64,000 nt of DNA from an uncultured delta proteobacterium (GCA_963771175.1 CAVYSY010000052.1:64001-128000); one strand, 5' to 3'. Counted from the stretch's first letter, positions 46,294 through 56,212 are shown. The notes: generated by a model not told the origin, from the letters alone. A program made the numbers and translations.

Positions 46294-48162
46294 TCACGTC
46301 ATCCGCAGAGCGGTGACGTCCTGGCGGCGCACGACGGTCAGTCCGTTGCGAGTGAGGAAGAGGCGGCTGTCGGCGTCGACGAAGGGCTCGGTGTCGGGGA
46401 ACTCGCGGACGACGGCGAGCTGCCCCTGGCGCAGCTCCACCCGGACCAGGCCCGCGTCCGTGGCGGCGAAGAGCGCCTCCCCCGCGGCGCACTTGCCCCT
46501 CAGTGAGCCGAGCCACGAGCCGTCCCCGGCCTCCGTCTTCGCACTGGCCTTCACCGCGCCATCCGCGCCCACCACCACGCAGTGATGCACCGTGCGACCC
46601 CCCGTCTCCTCGGCGAGGAAGAGCCAGCAACTCGGCCCGTCGAACACGGCCTCCGCGTCCACCAGTCGGCCCGAGGGCCACGGCAGCGCCAGTCCATCCT
46701 TGAGTCCCGGGCGCTCGGCATCGAAGACGAAGGCCCCGCGCAGCGAGCCCGCGCGGTGGAAACCGAGCCCGAAGCGAGGGCCCACGAAGAGGCGCGTCTG
46801 TCCGGCGAGCACCTCGCCCATGCGCTCGGGGCCGAGAGTACCGTCCCGCCACAGCGCACCGGCGTGGGCCCAGTAGCGGTGGCGCGCGTTGGCGGCGAAG
46901 GCGGGGCGTTGGTCCGGAGCATCCACGCCGAGCCGCTCGGGGCGCTGGCCCGAGGCGAGCACGGCGAACTCCCCGCCCTTCCCCACCAGCGTGGTGGCGC
47001 CCTGGAGGTCCCAGTGCAGCGCGGGGTCCATCGCCCCCTGGAGCACGGCCGAGCCATCCTCGCGCCGGTACGCCCCATCCGAGTGGAAGAGCCAGCGCAG
47101 GGTGCCGTCCTCGACGCGGGCGTGGAGGATGACGCCCTCGGTGGTGAAGAGGCGGGTGGCCACCACCTGGCCGCGCACGGTGGTGACAGGCGTGGTGGTC
47201 ATCGTCGCGCTGGGGCGGCACGTGGGGCACGAGGCCCGCGCGTGCTCCACGCCGCACGAGGGGCACACGGAGAAGCGCAGCGAGTCCAGCAGCGGGAGCG
47301 GGAAGCCACCCCGGGCATCCTCGACGAACACCCGGTGCAGACAGTGCAGCAGGTCATCCGGCAGCACGCCGAAGGGCGTTGCGGGCTTGGGGTATTGGAC
47401 GTCCGGGTGGAAGACGGTGAGGCGCTGGAGGACGCGAGCGGTGGGCGTGGCCTTGGGCGAGGGAGGCGTGGGGCGGTGGATGCCGCCATAGGGCCCCACG
47501 CACAGGAGGCTCTGCATCAGCGCGACGGCGAAGGCATACCAGTCGCTATCCCGCGAGGCCGGGCGCGAGGGCATGAGGCCCTGGCTCGCTCCGCCCAGGC
47601 GCAGCGGGTCGAGGAACTTCTCGGTGAAGACGCTGGCGAGGTAGGGCCCGAACTGGAAGCTGTCCGCGTCGATGAGCCAGGCGTCGTTGCCGGTGACGAG
47701 GATGTTCAGGTCATTGAAGTCGCCCACCACCACCCCGCACGAGTGCAGCGCGGAGAGCGTACGGTGCAGGCCCCGGAAGAGCTCGGCGACGCGGGAGGAC
47801 GGCACACCGGCGCGGCGGAAGGCGGGCTCCCCGAAGCGGCGCAAGGGCTCGGCGCCTTCGAGCTTGCGCATGGCGTAGCCGAGCACCGTCTTCCCCTTCT
47901 TGTCGGTGGCGAGCGTCTGGGGCGAGACGACGCGCGCGGGCAGTGTCTTCGGGAAGGCGGGCAGCTTGAGCTGGTGCTCGGCGATGCGGGCGCGGGCCGC
48001 GGCCTGCTCGTCGGGGAGGTTGCCGTAGTCGGGGTGCTCGGGGGGCTTGAAGAGCTTGAGGACCCGCCCGTCGCCGAGGTCGAAGACGTCGGCCTCGCCG
48101 CCCTTGCCGAGCGCCTGGGTGGGGTCCACCCGGAGCTTCTTCCCTTCGAGATAGACGTCCAT
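46294..48162 (-). CDS. YegI-like Ser/Thr kinase with Zn ribbon and beta-rich C-terminal domain
   Basis: LGKGGEADV, VLKLF, VVVGDFNDLNILV, LIDADSFQ, DWYAFAV, CPSC...H...CPTC. Confidence 0.85.
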   Translation of the reverse strand: MDVYLEGKKLRVDPTQALGKGGEADVFDLGDGRVLKLFKPPEHPDYGNLPDEQAAARARIAEHQLKLPAFPKTLPARVVSPQTLATDKKGKTVLGYAMRKLEGAEPLRRFGEPAFRRAGVPSSRVAELFRGLHRTLSALHSCGVVVGDFNDLNILVTGNDAWLIDADSFQFGPYLASVFTEKFLDPLRLGGASQGLMPSRPASRDSDWYAFAVALMQSLLCVGPYGGIHRPTPPSPKATPTARVLQRLTVFHPDVQYPKPATPFGVLPDDLLHCLHRVFVEDARGGFPLPLLDSLRFSVCPSCGVEHARASCPTCRPSATMTTTPVTTVRGQVVATRLFTTEGVILHARVEDGTLRWLFHSDGAYRREDGSAVLQGAMDPALHWDLQGATTLVGKGGEFAVLASGQRPERLGVDAPDQRPAFAANARHRYWAHAGALWRDGTLGPERMGEVLAGQTRLFVGPRFGLGFHRAGSLRGAFVFDAERPGLKDGLALPWPSGRLVDAEAVFDGPSCWLFLAEETGGRTVHHCVVVGADGAVKASAKTEAGDGSWLGSLRGKCAAGEALFAATDAGLVRVELRQGQLAVVREFPDTEPFVDADSRLFLTRNGLTVVRRQDVTALRMT

Positions 48163-48166
48163 GGTG

Positions 48167-48973
48167 TCAGGCCCTCCCCTGCCGACGGCGGAGGACGACG
48201 AGGGTGGTGTCGTCGGAGAGCAGCCCGGGCACGCGCTCGAGGCGCCGGGCCAGGAAGTCGGCGCGGACGGCCTCGCGGTTGAGGAGCGAGAGGCGGCGGC
48301 GCAGCACGTCCGGGTTGCGGAAGTAGCGGTCGTCGGACCAGAACTGGGAGAGCGGGCCCACGGGCTCGTTACTCTCGGGGACACGGGCCTCGGCGAGCCC
48401 CGCGAGGTCCGCGGCCCCATCCGTGCCGAGCAGCAGCGAGTCCACCTCGGCGGTGGGCCGGAGGGCGTTGGTCTTCAGGGCGACGGCGCCCGGCTTCAGC
48501 AGCCCATAGGAGAGGTAGGGCGGCGCGTTCCCGGGGAAGGGCCCGAGCCGCTGGACGTCGCCATTGAGGGCCCAGAGCCCATCCCCCGCCGAGAAGACGA
48601 GGCAGTGCTCCGGGGTGACGACCGCGCCGACGATGGTGAAGAGGAGCGCCTCGCCGATGGCCCGCTCGCCCAGCTCCCCGGAGATGGCCTGCAGGAAGCA
48701 GAGCACGTCCGCGCCCAGGCGCTGGAGGAACTCGGGCGAGTCGACGGGCACTCCCTGGCCCAGCAGGGAGAGCGAGCCCTCCACGACGCGCCGGGCCCCG
48801 AGCTGCGCGCCCAGCTCGCTCTGGGCGCCACTGCCGCACCCGTCCGTGACGACGGCGGCCAGGCCGTGCTCGGTGGCACGAGCCCAGAAGGCATCCTGGT
48901 TGTTGCGTCCGGCACGGGCGTGCTCCCGGCCCAGGACGGTGGCGGCGGCGAGCTCGAAGGGCAGCGAGGACAT
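48167..48973 (-). CDS. PP2C-like (PphC/YegK type) protein phosphatase
   Basis: GREH...NNQDA, VVTDGCGSG, AGDG, LGTDG, SDDTT. Confidence 0.88.
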   Translation of the reverse strand: MSSLPFELAAATVLGREHARAGRNNQDAFWARATEHGLAAVVTDGCGSGAQSELGAQLGARRVVEGSLSLLGQGVPVDSPEFLQRLGADVLCFLQAISGELGERAIGEALLFTIVGAVVTPEHCLVFSAGDGLWALNGDVQRLGPFPGNAPPYLSYGLLKPGAVALKTNALRPTAEVDSLLLGTDGAADLAGLAEARVPESNEPVGPLSQFWSDDRYFRNPDVLRRRLSLLNREAVRADFLARRLERVPGLLSDDTTLVVLRRRQGRA

Positions 48974-49001
48974 GGCTCTCCTCTCGGGTGGCCCTGCATA
49001 C

Positions 49002-49049
49002 TTCGTGTCTACAGGACACAGGCTTAGTGTCCAAAAAACACAAAGTCAA
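49002..49049 (-). promoter_or_regulatory. Promoter with two NrtR-type boxes upstream of PP2C-kinase
   Basis: Boxes TTCGTGTCTACAGGACACAGG (49002..49022) and TTAGTGTCCAAAAAACACAAA (49024..49044); TTGACT-17-TAAGCC on the minus strand. Confidence 0.72.
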
Positions 49050-49090
49050 GCCGGGCGCCAGCCGTGCCTCGCCGACCGTCGGGTCGGGGA

Positions 49091-49780
49091 CTACAGCTCG
49101 AAGTTGAAGCCGGCCTTCTCGAGCTGCTTGTACTTCTTGTGGTCGAACCGGTAGAGGCGCGCGGCGCGGTGGGAGACGTCCTGCTCCACCTCGTCCAGCT
49201 CCTCGAGCAGGTCCATGGAGAGGATCTTCTTGCGGAAGTTCCGCTTGTCGAGCTCGCGCTCGAGGAGCTTCTCGTAGAGGCGCTGGAGCTGGGTGAGGGT
49301 GAACTTGGGGGGGAGCAGCTCGAAGCCGATGGGCTGGTAGCGGACCTTGCCCTTGAGCCGCTGGAGGGCGGTGGCGAGGATGTCCGCGTGGTCGAAGGCC
49401 AGCTTGGGAGTGTCCCAGACGGAGAACCAGGCGGCCTCCTTCGCATCGGTGGCGGCCTGGACGCGGTGGTCCGTCAGCTTCACCAGGGCGAAGTAGGCCA
49501 CGGTGATGACGCGGCCGCGAGGGTCTCGCCCCGGGTCGCCGAAGGTGTAGAGCTGCTCCAGGAGGTTGGGGCGGACGCCGGCCTCCTCCTGGAGCTCGCG
49601 GCGCGCGGCGTCTTCCAGTGACTCGTCCATGCGCACGAAGCCGCCGGGCAAGGCCCACCGGCCCTGGAAGGGCTCCACGCCGCGCTTGATGAGCAGCACC
49701 TTCAGGTCCTCTTCATCCAGACCGAACACCACACAGTCCACCGTCAACGCGGGACGCGGGTACTCGTAGGTGTAGCTCAC
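49091..49780 (-). CDS. nrtR: NrtR family regulator (Nudix + winged HTH)
   Basis: TVDCVVF, WALPGGF...[16 protein letters not shown]udix box, [32 protein letters not shown]...[14 protein letters not shown]. Confidence 0.92.
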   Translation of the reverse strand: MSYTYEYPRPALTVDCVVFGLDEEDLKVLLIKRGVEPFQGRWALPGGFVRMDESLEDAARRELQEEAGVRPNLLEQLYTFGDPGRDPRGRVITVAYFALVKLTDHRVQAATDAKEAAWFSVWDTPKLAFDHADILATALQRLKGKVRYQPIGFELLPPKFTLTQLQRLYEKLLERELDKRNFRKKILSMDLLEELDEVEQDVSHRAARLYRFDHKKYKQLEKAGFNFEL

Positions 49781-49813
49781 GGGAGGGACCTTTCGTGTTG
49801 TCGTTCCAGAGCC

Positions 49814-49842
49814 CACATAGTGTCAGGAAGACACGAAATCAA
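49814..49842 (-). promoter_or_regulatory. nrtR promoter with an autoregulatory NrtR-type box
   Basis: ATAGTGTCAGGAAGACACGAA (49817..49837) in the spacer of TTGATT-17-TATGTG. Confidence 0.75.
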
Positions 49843-50861
49843 GCCTTCCGGGCACGGCGGAAGGACTCGGGGCTCATGCCCCACCAGCGCTTGAAGGCGC
49901 GATGGAAGGTGGCGGGCTCGCCGTAGCCCAGCAGGAAGGAGACCTCCGCGATGGACATCCGGCGCCGCAGGTAGTCCTCGGACAGCTCGCGGCGCACGGC
50001 CTCCAGGATGCCCGCGTAGCTCTGCCCCTCCTCGGCGAGATGCCGCTGCAGCGTGCGCTGGCTCAGGTGCAGCGCCCGCGCCACCGCCTGGAAGGAGAAG
50101 TCCCCTCCCGGCAGCGTGCGCCGCACCTGCTGCCGCACCCGCTCGGCCATGCTGGCGGCCACCGGCAGCTTCGCGAGCGCGCGCTGTGCCTGCTGCTCGA
50201 ACATGGCGCTCAACAGCGCATCCGCGTGGGCGAAGGGCCGCTCCGCGTCCTCCGTGGAGAACTCGATGTCGCTGTGGGGCGCGCCGAAGACGAGCGGGCA
50301 GCCGAAGAGGGCCTCGTGCGCTCGGGTGTCCGAGGGCGCGGGGTGAACGAAGCGCACCTGGAGCGGCTTCACGTCCGCCCCGGTCAGGAAGCGCGTCCCC
50401 TGGGCGAGCTGGGCGAGGGCGAGCTCCACATGGTGCCGGTGGGCCGGCCGCCAGGGGCCCACGGGAGTGAAGCGCATGCGCACCCCGTGCTCCGTCTCCT
50501 CCACCCGAAAGCGCTCGCCGTCGCCCCAGACGCGCTGGTAGCGGCACCCGCGCACCAGGGACTCCTTCAGGTTCGCGCTCGTGAGGATGACGAGTGAGGC
50601 GGCATCGTCCGGATCCACCACGGCCATGCGCGCCAGGTGCAGGCCCAGGTTGTCGTCCCCCGTCACCTGCACCGCCCGCTCCACGAGGGAGTCCAGCACG
50701 CGGTAGGGGATGCGCAGCTCGGGGTCGTCGAGGTCCCCCAGGCGCAGGCCCACCTCGCGGCAGAGCTCCTCGACGGGCAGGCCGTGCTCGGCCGCGATAT
50801 TCAGCGCCTGACGGGCCAGCCGGGCGGAGAGGGCCGCGGACTGAGGAGGAGAGGACGGCAT
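49839..50861 (-). CDS. AraC family transcriptional regulator
   Basis: C-terminal SQRTLQRHL...IAEVSFLLGY.EPATFHRAFKRW. Confidence 0.92.
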   Translation of the reverse strand: MPSSPPQSAALSARLARQALNIAAEHGLPVEELCREVGLRLGDLDDPELRIPYRVLDSLVERAVQVTGDDNLGLHLARMAVVDPDDAASLVILTSANLKESLVRGCRYQRVWGDGERFRVEETEHGVRMRFTPVGPWRPAHRHHVELALAQLAQGTRFLTGADVKPLQVRFVHPAPSDTRAHEALFGCPLVFGAPHSDIEFSTEDAERPFAHADALLSAMFEQQAQRALAKLPVAASMAERVRQQVRRTLPGGDFSFQAVARALHLSQRTLQRHLAEEGQSYAGILEAVRRELSEDYLRRRMSIAEVSFLLGYGEPATFHRAFKRWWGMSPESFRRARKA

Positions 50862-50959
50862 CGCCAGCGAGGACGCTAGCGGCCGGCTGGCGCCCCCGGC
50901 AAGCCGTTCTGGCGCCAGCGGTCAGTGCGCGATGGCGGGCCGGGTGGCACCTTCTGGCC

Positions 50960-51796
50960 ATGACCGAGTCCTCCCAGGAGGCCACCATGAGCGAGAATGC
51001 CGTCGCGATGACCCTGCTCCCCCGCCTGCACCTCTTCGAGCTGATCGACCAAGGCTGGTACCCGCGCGCCCTGAGGGACCTCGGCACGGACTACCTCGAG
51101 ACCATCAGCACCCGGATGGGCATGTTCGACGGCGCGGCGGACGTGCTCGCCCGGGCGGTGCGGGCGTCGGAGAACCAGCAACTGCTCGACCTATGCTCGG
51201 GCGGCGGGGGCCCCCTGCCCCAACTGCGCGGACTGCTGGAGTCCCAGCACGGGCTGAAGTCCCACGTGGTGCACACCGACCTGTACCCCAACGCCCGGGC
51301 GGCGGAGCGGGCCCGCGCGCAGGGAGTCGACTACCTGGAGCGGCCGGTGGACGCGCTGCGGGTGCCGGCGGATCTCCGGGGCGCGCGCACCCTCTTCAAC
51401 GCCCTGCACCACTTCCGCCCCGAGCAGGTGCGCGAGATGCTCGCGGATGCCCAGGCGAAGGGCGTCCCCTTCGCCGCCTTCGAGGTGGTGGAGCGCACGC
51501 CGAAGGGCCTCCTCGGCACGGTGTTGATACCGCTGCTGGTGCTGCTCTTCACCCCGCTCGTCCGGCCGCTGACGCCGCTGCGTCTGCTGCTCACCTACGT
51601 GCTGCCGGTGGCGCCCCTCACCATCACCTGGGACGGACTGGTGTCCACGCTCCGGGCGCATCGCCCCGAGGAGCTGCGCGCCCTGACGACCTCCCTCGCC
51701 CGCGAGGGCTACACCTGGGAGGTGGGCCAGGTGCACCAGGGCGGCAAGGGCACCCTCACCTACGTGCTCGGACTGCCCGAGCGCCCCGCCCGCTGA
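50960..51796 (+). CDS. SAM-dependent methyltransferase-fold protein
   Basis: LLDLCSGGGGP, TDLYPN, VDAL, FNALHHF; start codon uncertain; divergent from the AraC gene. Confidence 0.72.
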   Translation: MTESSQEATMSENAVAMTLLPRLHLFELIDQGWYPRALRDLGTDYLETISTRMGMFDGAADVLARAVRASENQQLLDLCSGGGGPLPQLRGLLESQHGLKSHVVHTDLYPNARAAERARAQGVDYLERPVDALRVPADLRGARTLFNALHHFRPEQVREMLADAQAKGVPFAAFEVVERTPKGLLGTVLIPLLVLLFTPLVRPLTPLRLLLTYVLPVAPLTITWDGLVSTLRAHRPEELRALTTSLAREGYTWEVGQVHQGGKGTLTYVLGLPERPAR

Positions 51797-51806
51797 GGCG
51801 CGCGCC

Positions 51807-52814
51807 TCACGCGAAGATGCGCCCGAGCTGCCGCCAGTCCACGAGCTGCACGGACTCCTGGGCCAGCTCGAACTCGATGGAGCGCCGCATGCCCATGGCA
51901 TCGCCGGCCAGCTGGAAGGGCACCTCGCGGTCGAAGTCCATGCGCACGCGCTCGACGAAGAAGTCGTGCATCTTCGGCAGCGGGTGGTGGCCGCGCCACA
52001 GCTTGAACATGTTGCGCGTGGCCTCCAGCACGCCGGCGCCGTAGACGCGCACCGAGAGCCGGCCGGGCACCGCCTGGGCGAAGGGGAAGGCCTTGAAGCC
52101 GAAGCCCCACTCGGGCGTGGTGGCCGCCCCGGCGACTCCGGCGGGGCCCTCGTAGAGGAGCGCGCCGGGGCCCCCGTGCGGCACGGGCAGGAGGGAGCCG
52201 CGCGCGTCGATGGTCAGCGCCTGCCCCCCGAGGTTGTACACCTTCACCTGCGGGTTGCCGGAGCCGAACATGTGCCGGGGGACGGCGCCGGTGAACAGGG
52301 CGCCCAGGTACCCGCGCAGGCCGGCGTTCGCCTCGCGCAGGGGTCCGGGCGGGAACCGGGCGAGGTAGTTCTTGAAGTCTTGAATCGTCTCCGCGTCCCA
52401 GCCGGTGCCAGCGAAGGGAGCCACCCGGTTCTCCACCCGCACGAGGGAGAAGGGGCGCAGGGGCGGCAGGCGCTCACCGCAGGCGGCGATCTGCCGCAGG
52501 GCTTCCGAGGGCTTCGGTGCCCCGGTGACGCGCGCCCAGGCATTTCCCGTGCCCAGCGGCAGCACCCCGATGGCGGGCAGGGACAGCCCCTGCTCGCGCA
52601 GCTCGTTGAGCAGCCCGGTGATGGTGCCATCCCCTCCGCCGGCCAGCAGCAGCGTGGGGGGATTGGGTCGGAGCTGCTCGGTAATCCAGGTCCGCGCCTC
52701 CTCCAGGGAGCGAGTGAGGGCCAGGCGGGCCCGGGGGAAGGAGCGCTGCACCATGCCGCCGATCCTCTCGGAGCCGCGGCGTGCACGCAGGTTGACCATC
52801 ACGGCGATGTTCAT
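51807..52814 (-). CDS. Diacylglycerol/lipid kinase family protein
   Basis: VMVN, AGGGDGT, LPLGTGNAWA, GTGWDA, FQLAGD. Confidence 0.85.
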   Translation of the reverse strand: MNIAVMVNLRARRGSERIGGMVQRSFPRARLALTRSLEEARTWITEQLRPNPPTLLLAGGGDGTITGLLNELREQGLSLPAIGVLPLGTGNAWARVTGAPKPSEALRQIAACGERLPPLRPFSLVRVENRVAPFAGTGWDAETIQDFKNYLARFPPGPLREANAGLRGYLGALFTGAVPRHMFGSGNPQVKVYNLGGQALTIDARGSLLPVPHGGPGALLYEGPAGVAGAATTPEWGFGFKAFPFAQAVPGRLSVRVYGAGVLEATRNMFKLWRGHHPLPKMHDFFVERVRMDFDREVPFQLAGDAMGMRRSIEFELAQESVQLVDWRQLGRIFA

Positions 52815-53244
52815 GGCGGTTGCACTCTCCACGAGCCATGTCACGGCTTTGTCATGGCGCCGGCCCCTGGGCGTCACGTTCCGGTGGCGGACACATGAGG
52901 TGAGCCCCTCCTCACCATCCGACGTGAGCGGTGATCGCTCCTCCCGTTGGCCAAGATGAGGATGACGCACGGCGGCGCACGGGCGGCACGAGTCGGTCCC
53001 CCGCTGGGCGGGCGGGCGGGTGACCGGAGAGGCCGGGACCCGGGACGGGGCGTCCATGAGCGGGACGGAGCCCCCCGAGCCGAGGCGACGGCGGCGGAGC
53101 GGTGGGGGAGGAAGGCACCGTGATGGGTAGGGAGCCGAGCACCCGCCCAAGGCCCTGAAAAGAGGCGCCTTTTCAAGCCCGGTGGATGGGTTGTGGGCAG
53201 GGCGCGGCGGCTGGTATCTCCGGGGACGCGCGCCCGGCCACCGA

Positions 53245-53260
53245 CGGAACGGCACGTGCA
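53245..53260 (+). promoter_or_regulatory. Possible sigma54 promoter
   Basis: CGGAACGGCACGTGCA = GG-N10-GC, but only 15 bp from the ATG. Confidence 0.3.
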
Positions 53261-53275
53261 ATCCCGCCCCACATC

Positions 53276-54778
53276 ATGAACCTCTCCAAACTCTTCTCTT
53301 CAATCGTGGTGGTGTCCGCCCTCGCGCTGGGAAGCGCGGCGGGAGCATCTCCGCGCCGCGTGGTGGTCTCCAGCGGTGACTGCAAGGACGCCGAGCTCAG
53401 CGCCCAGACCAAGGCCTTCTACGGCGCGCTGGTGGGCCGTCCGGGGGAGAACGTCCTCACCGCGGCGGACTTCTCCGAGCGACTCTTCCCGCAGCCCTCC
53501 GGCAGCTTCGAGGACATCCAGCGGCAGCTCGAGGCCGCCCAGAGCCAGTTCTACGAGGCGCGCTACGCCAAGGCAGCGCAGGCCATCGTCGAGGTGCTGC
53601 GGCAGGTGGCGCGCCTCCCGGTGGGTGAGGCCCGCTGGAAGCTGTACGTGGACACCCAGCTCCTCCAGGCCCTGAACCACCGCGCCCAGAACAAGGTGAA
53701 GGAGAGCGACGACGCCTTCCGCAACGTGCTGCGGCTGGATGCGCAGTACAAGCTCGACCCCGACCTCTTCACGCCCTCCACGCGCCAGGCCTTCGAGAAG
53801 CTGCGCAAGGAGCTGGCCCGGGGCAAGAAGGTGAAGCTCTCGGTGAAGTCCACCCTGCCCGCCTCCGGGGTCTTCCTCGACGGCCGGAGCATGGGGCAGA
53901 CCCCGCTCGCGCTGGAGGTGCCCGCTGGTACCTACGAGCTCACCCTCGAGAACGGTGACGCCGTCAGCTTCCCCCGCCAGCTTCCGGTACAGGGCGAGGA
54001 GACGCCGGTGCTCGTGGACCTGGCGTACGAGGGCGCCATCGTGGCCACGCCCTTCCCCTGTCTCGCGTCCAGCGGGGACGGGGACAAGGAGCTCTCCCAC
54101 GCCATCCGCCTGGGCGGCACCCTGGGCGTGGAGGAGGTCATCGTGGTGAAGCTGGAGCGGGCGAGCAGCGGGCCGAAGTGGCTCGCCGCCACCGTGCTCA
54201 ACGTGGAGGGCGGCCAGAAGCTGCGCGAGGGCGGTTTCAAGACCCAGGGTCTCGACGCCCCCACCGAGTCCCTCACCGCGCTCGTCGACTTCGTCACCAC
54301 CGGCAAGACCCAGCCCAGCCTCGTGGTCCTCAATGCCAACACCGAGGCCCCCTGGGACAAGCCCAACTCCGCGCGCACCGCGCTCGTCCCGGACGGCGCG
54401 AAGGCCTCTTCGGAGGTGACGGCGAAGTCCGGCTCCGTCCGGCCCCTGCGCACCACCTCCTATATGGTGCTGGGCGCGGGCGTGGCCGCCGCCGCCGGAG
54501 CGGGCGTCGTGCGGCTCGCCGCGCAGTCGGACTACACCGAGCTCCAGAAGCACCTCAACGCCAACGGGAAGCTCGACGCCAATGACGCCACCGGCAGGGA
54601 GCTGCTCGGAAAGCTGGCCCTGAAGGGCAACCTCATCACGGGCCTGCTCATCGGCTCGGGCGCGGCGCTCGCCACCGGCACCGTGCTCTACTTCCTCTCG
54701 CCGACGCCCCCGCCCGTGTCGGTGGGCGTCACCGCCGGCCCGGACGGGGCGGGCGCCTCGCTGTCGGGTACGTTCTGA
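53276..54778 (+). CDS. PEGA domain-containing exported protein
   Basis: Signal peptide, helical region, LSVKS...VFLDGRSMGQTPL...PAGTYEL PEGA motif, C-terminal hydrophobic segments ending LSGTF. Confidence 0.8.
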   Translation: MNLSKLFSSIVVVSALALGSAAGASPRRVVVSSGDCKDAELSAQTKAFYGALVGRPGENVLTAADFSERLFPQPSGSFEDIQRQLEAAQSQFYEARYAKAAQAIVEVLRQVARLPVGEARWKLYVDTQLLQALNHRAQNKVKESDDAFRNVLRLDAQYKLDPDLFTPSTRQAFEKLRKELARGKKVKLSVKSTLPASGVFLDGRSMGQTPLALEVPAGTYELTLENGDAVSFPRQLPVQGEETPVLVDLAYEGAIVATPFPCLASSGDGDKELSHAIRLGGTLGVEEVIVVKLERASSGPKWLAATVLNVEGGQKLREGGFKTQGLDAPTESLTALVDFVTTGKTQPSLVVLNANTEAPWDKPNSARTALVPDGAKASSEVTAKSGSVRPLRTTSYMVLGAGVAAAAGAGVVRLAAQSDYTELQKHLNANGKLDANDATGRELLGKLALKGNLITGLLIGSGAALATGTVLYFLSPTPPPVSVGVTAGPDGAGASLSGTF

Positions 54779-54802
54779 ACGGGTCTCGGGTACGTTCCGC
54801 CC

Positions 54803-56212
54803 ATGAACGTACTCCTGGCCCTGCTGCTGGCCGCGAGCACCCAGAGTGCTCCGGCCCCCCGCACCTTCCGCGTCGACTACTTCCACACCGGCAACGCCAC
54901 CGAGGAGCGCTTCAGCCTCGACCGGCTCGTGGTGGAGCCGCTGCCCTGGCCCGGCCACCCCGCCCGCGCCGTCGACGAAACGAACCTCGGCAAGTACCTC
55001 TTCGAGGTGCGGGACAGGGACACGAATCGCCTGCTGTACTCGCGCGGCTTCGCCTCCATCCACGGTGAGTGGGAGACGACTCCCGAGGCCCGTGAGGTGA
55101 ACCGCACCTTCCACGAGTCGCTGCGCTTCCCCGCCCCGTCAAAGCCCGTCCAGGTGCTCCTCAAGAAGCGCGCGAAGGACAACTCCTTCCGCGAGGTGTG
55201 GAGCCTCGCGGTGGACCCCCAGGACATGTTCGTCGACCCGTCCTCCCCCGGCGCTCCGGGCCCGCTGCTCAAGCTGGTGGAGAGCGGCCCGTCGGCGGAG
55301 AAGGTGGACCTGCTCATCCTCGGGGACGGCTACACCGAGCAGGAGCGCGCCAAATTCGAGAAGGACGCGCGGCGGCTGGTGGACATCCTCTTCACCTTCT
55401 CGCCCTTCAAGGAGCGCAAGGCGGACTTCAACGTCTGGGGATTGATGCCGCCCTCCGCGCAGTCCGGCATCTCGCGCCCGTCCACCGGCATCCACCGCTA
55501 CTCGCCCGTGGGCGCCACCTATGACGCCTTCGGCAGCGAGCGCTACGTCCTCACCTTCGAGAACCGCCGCTTCCGCGACCTCGCCGCGTTCGCGCCCTAC
55601 GAGTTCGTCGAAATCCTCGTCAACGGCAACACCTACGGCGGCGGTGGCATCTTCGGCCTCTACAGCACCGTGGCCGCCGACAGCCTCTGGTCCCCCTATG
55701 TCTTCGTCCACGAGTTCGGCCACCACTTCGCCGGGCTGGCGGACGAGTACTACACCTCGGAGTCGGCCTACGCCCCCGCCGCGGAGCTCGTGGAGCCGTG
55801 GGAGAAGAACGTCACCGCGCTGAAGGACCCCGCCCGGCTCAAGTGGAAGGACCTGGTGGCCGCCAATACGCCGCTGCCCACCCCGTGGAAGAAGGACGAG
55901 TACGAGGCCCACGCCCGCAAGGTGCAGGAGCAGCGCCGGAAGATTCGCGCCGAGCGCCGCCCCGAGTCCGAGATGGATGCACTCTTCACCGCCCAACGGG
56001 ACTGGGAGGAGCCGTTCCTCGCCAAGCAGCCGTACTCGGGCAAGGTGGGGGCCTTCGAGGGTGCCATGTACGAGGCCCGTGGTTACTACCGCCCCCAGCT
56101 CGACTGCGTGATGTTCACCCGCGACCGCGTGCCCTTCTGCGCCGTGTGCCAGCGGGCCCTCGGCGAGGTCATCGACCTGTATACGGGCAAGGGCGCGAAG
56201 GCGGCCCCCTGA
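54803..56212 (+). CDS. Peptidase M64 family metallopeptidase
   Basis: LILGDGYT, YGGGGI, HEFGHHFAGLADEY, FEGA, C-x-M and FCAVC. Confidence 0.9.
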   Translation: MNVLLALLLAASTQSAPAPRTFRVDYFHTGNATEERFSLDRLVVEPLPWPGHPARAVDETNLGKYLFEVRDRDTNRLLYSRGFASIHGEWETTPEAREVNRTFHESLRFPAPSKPVQVLLKKRAKDNSFREVWSLAVDPQDMFVDPSSPGAPGPLLKLVESGPSAEKVDLLILGDGYTEQERAKFEKDARRLVDILFTFSPFKERKADFNVWGLMPPSAQSGISRPSTGIHRYSPVGATYDAFGSERYVLTFENRRFRDLAAFAPYEFVEILVNGNTYGGGGIFGLYSTVAADSLWSPYVFVHEFGHHFAGLADEYYTSESAYAPAAELVEPWEKNVTALKDPARLKWKDLVAANTPLPTPWKKDEYEAHARKVQEQRRKIRAERRPESEMDALFTAQRDWEEPFLAKQPYSGKVGAFEGAMYEARGYYRPQLDCVMFTRDRVPFCAVCQRALGEVIDLYTGKGAKAAP

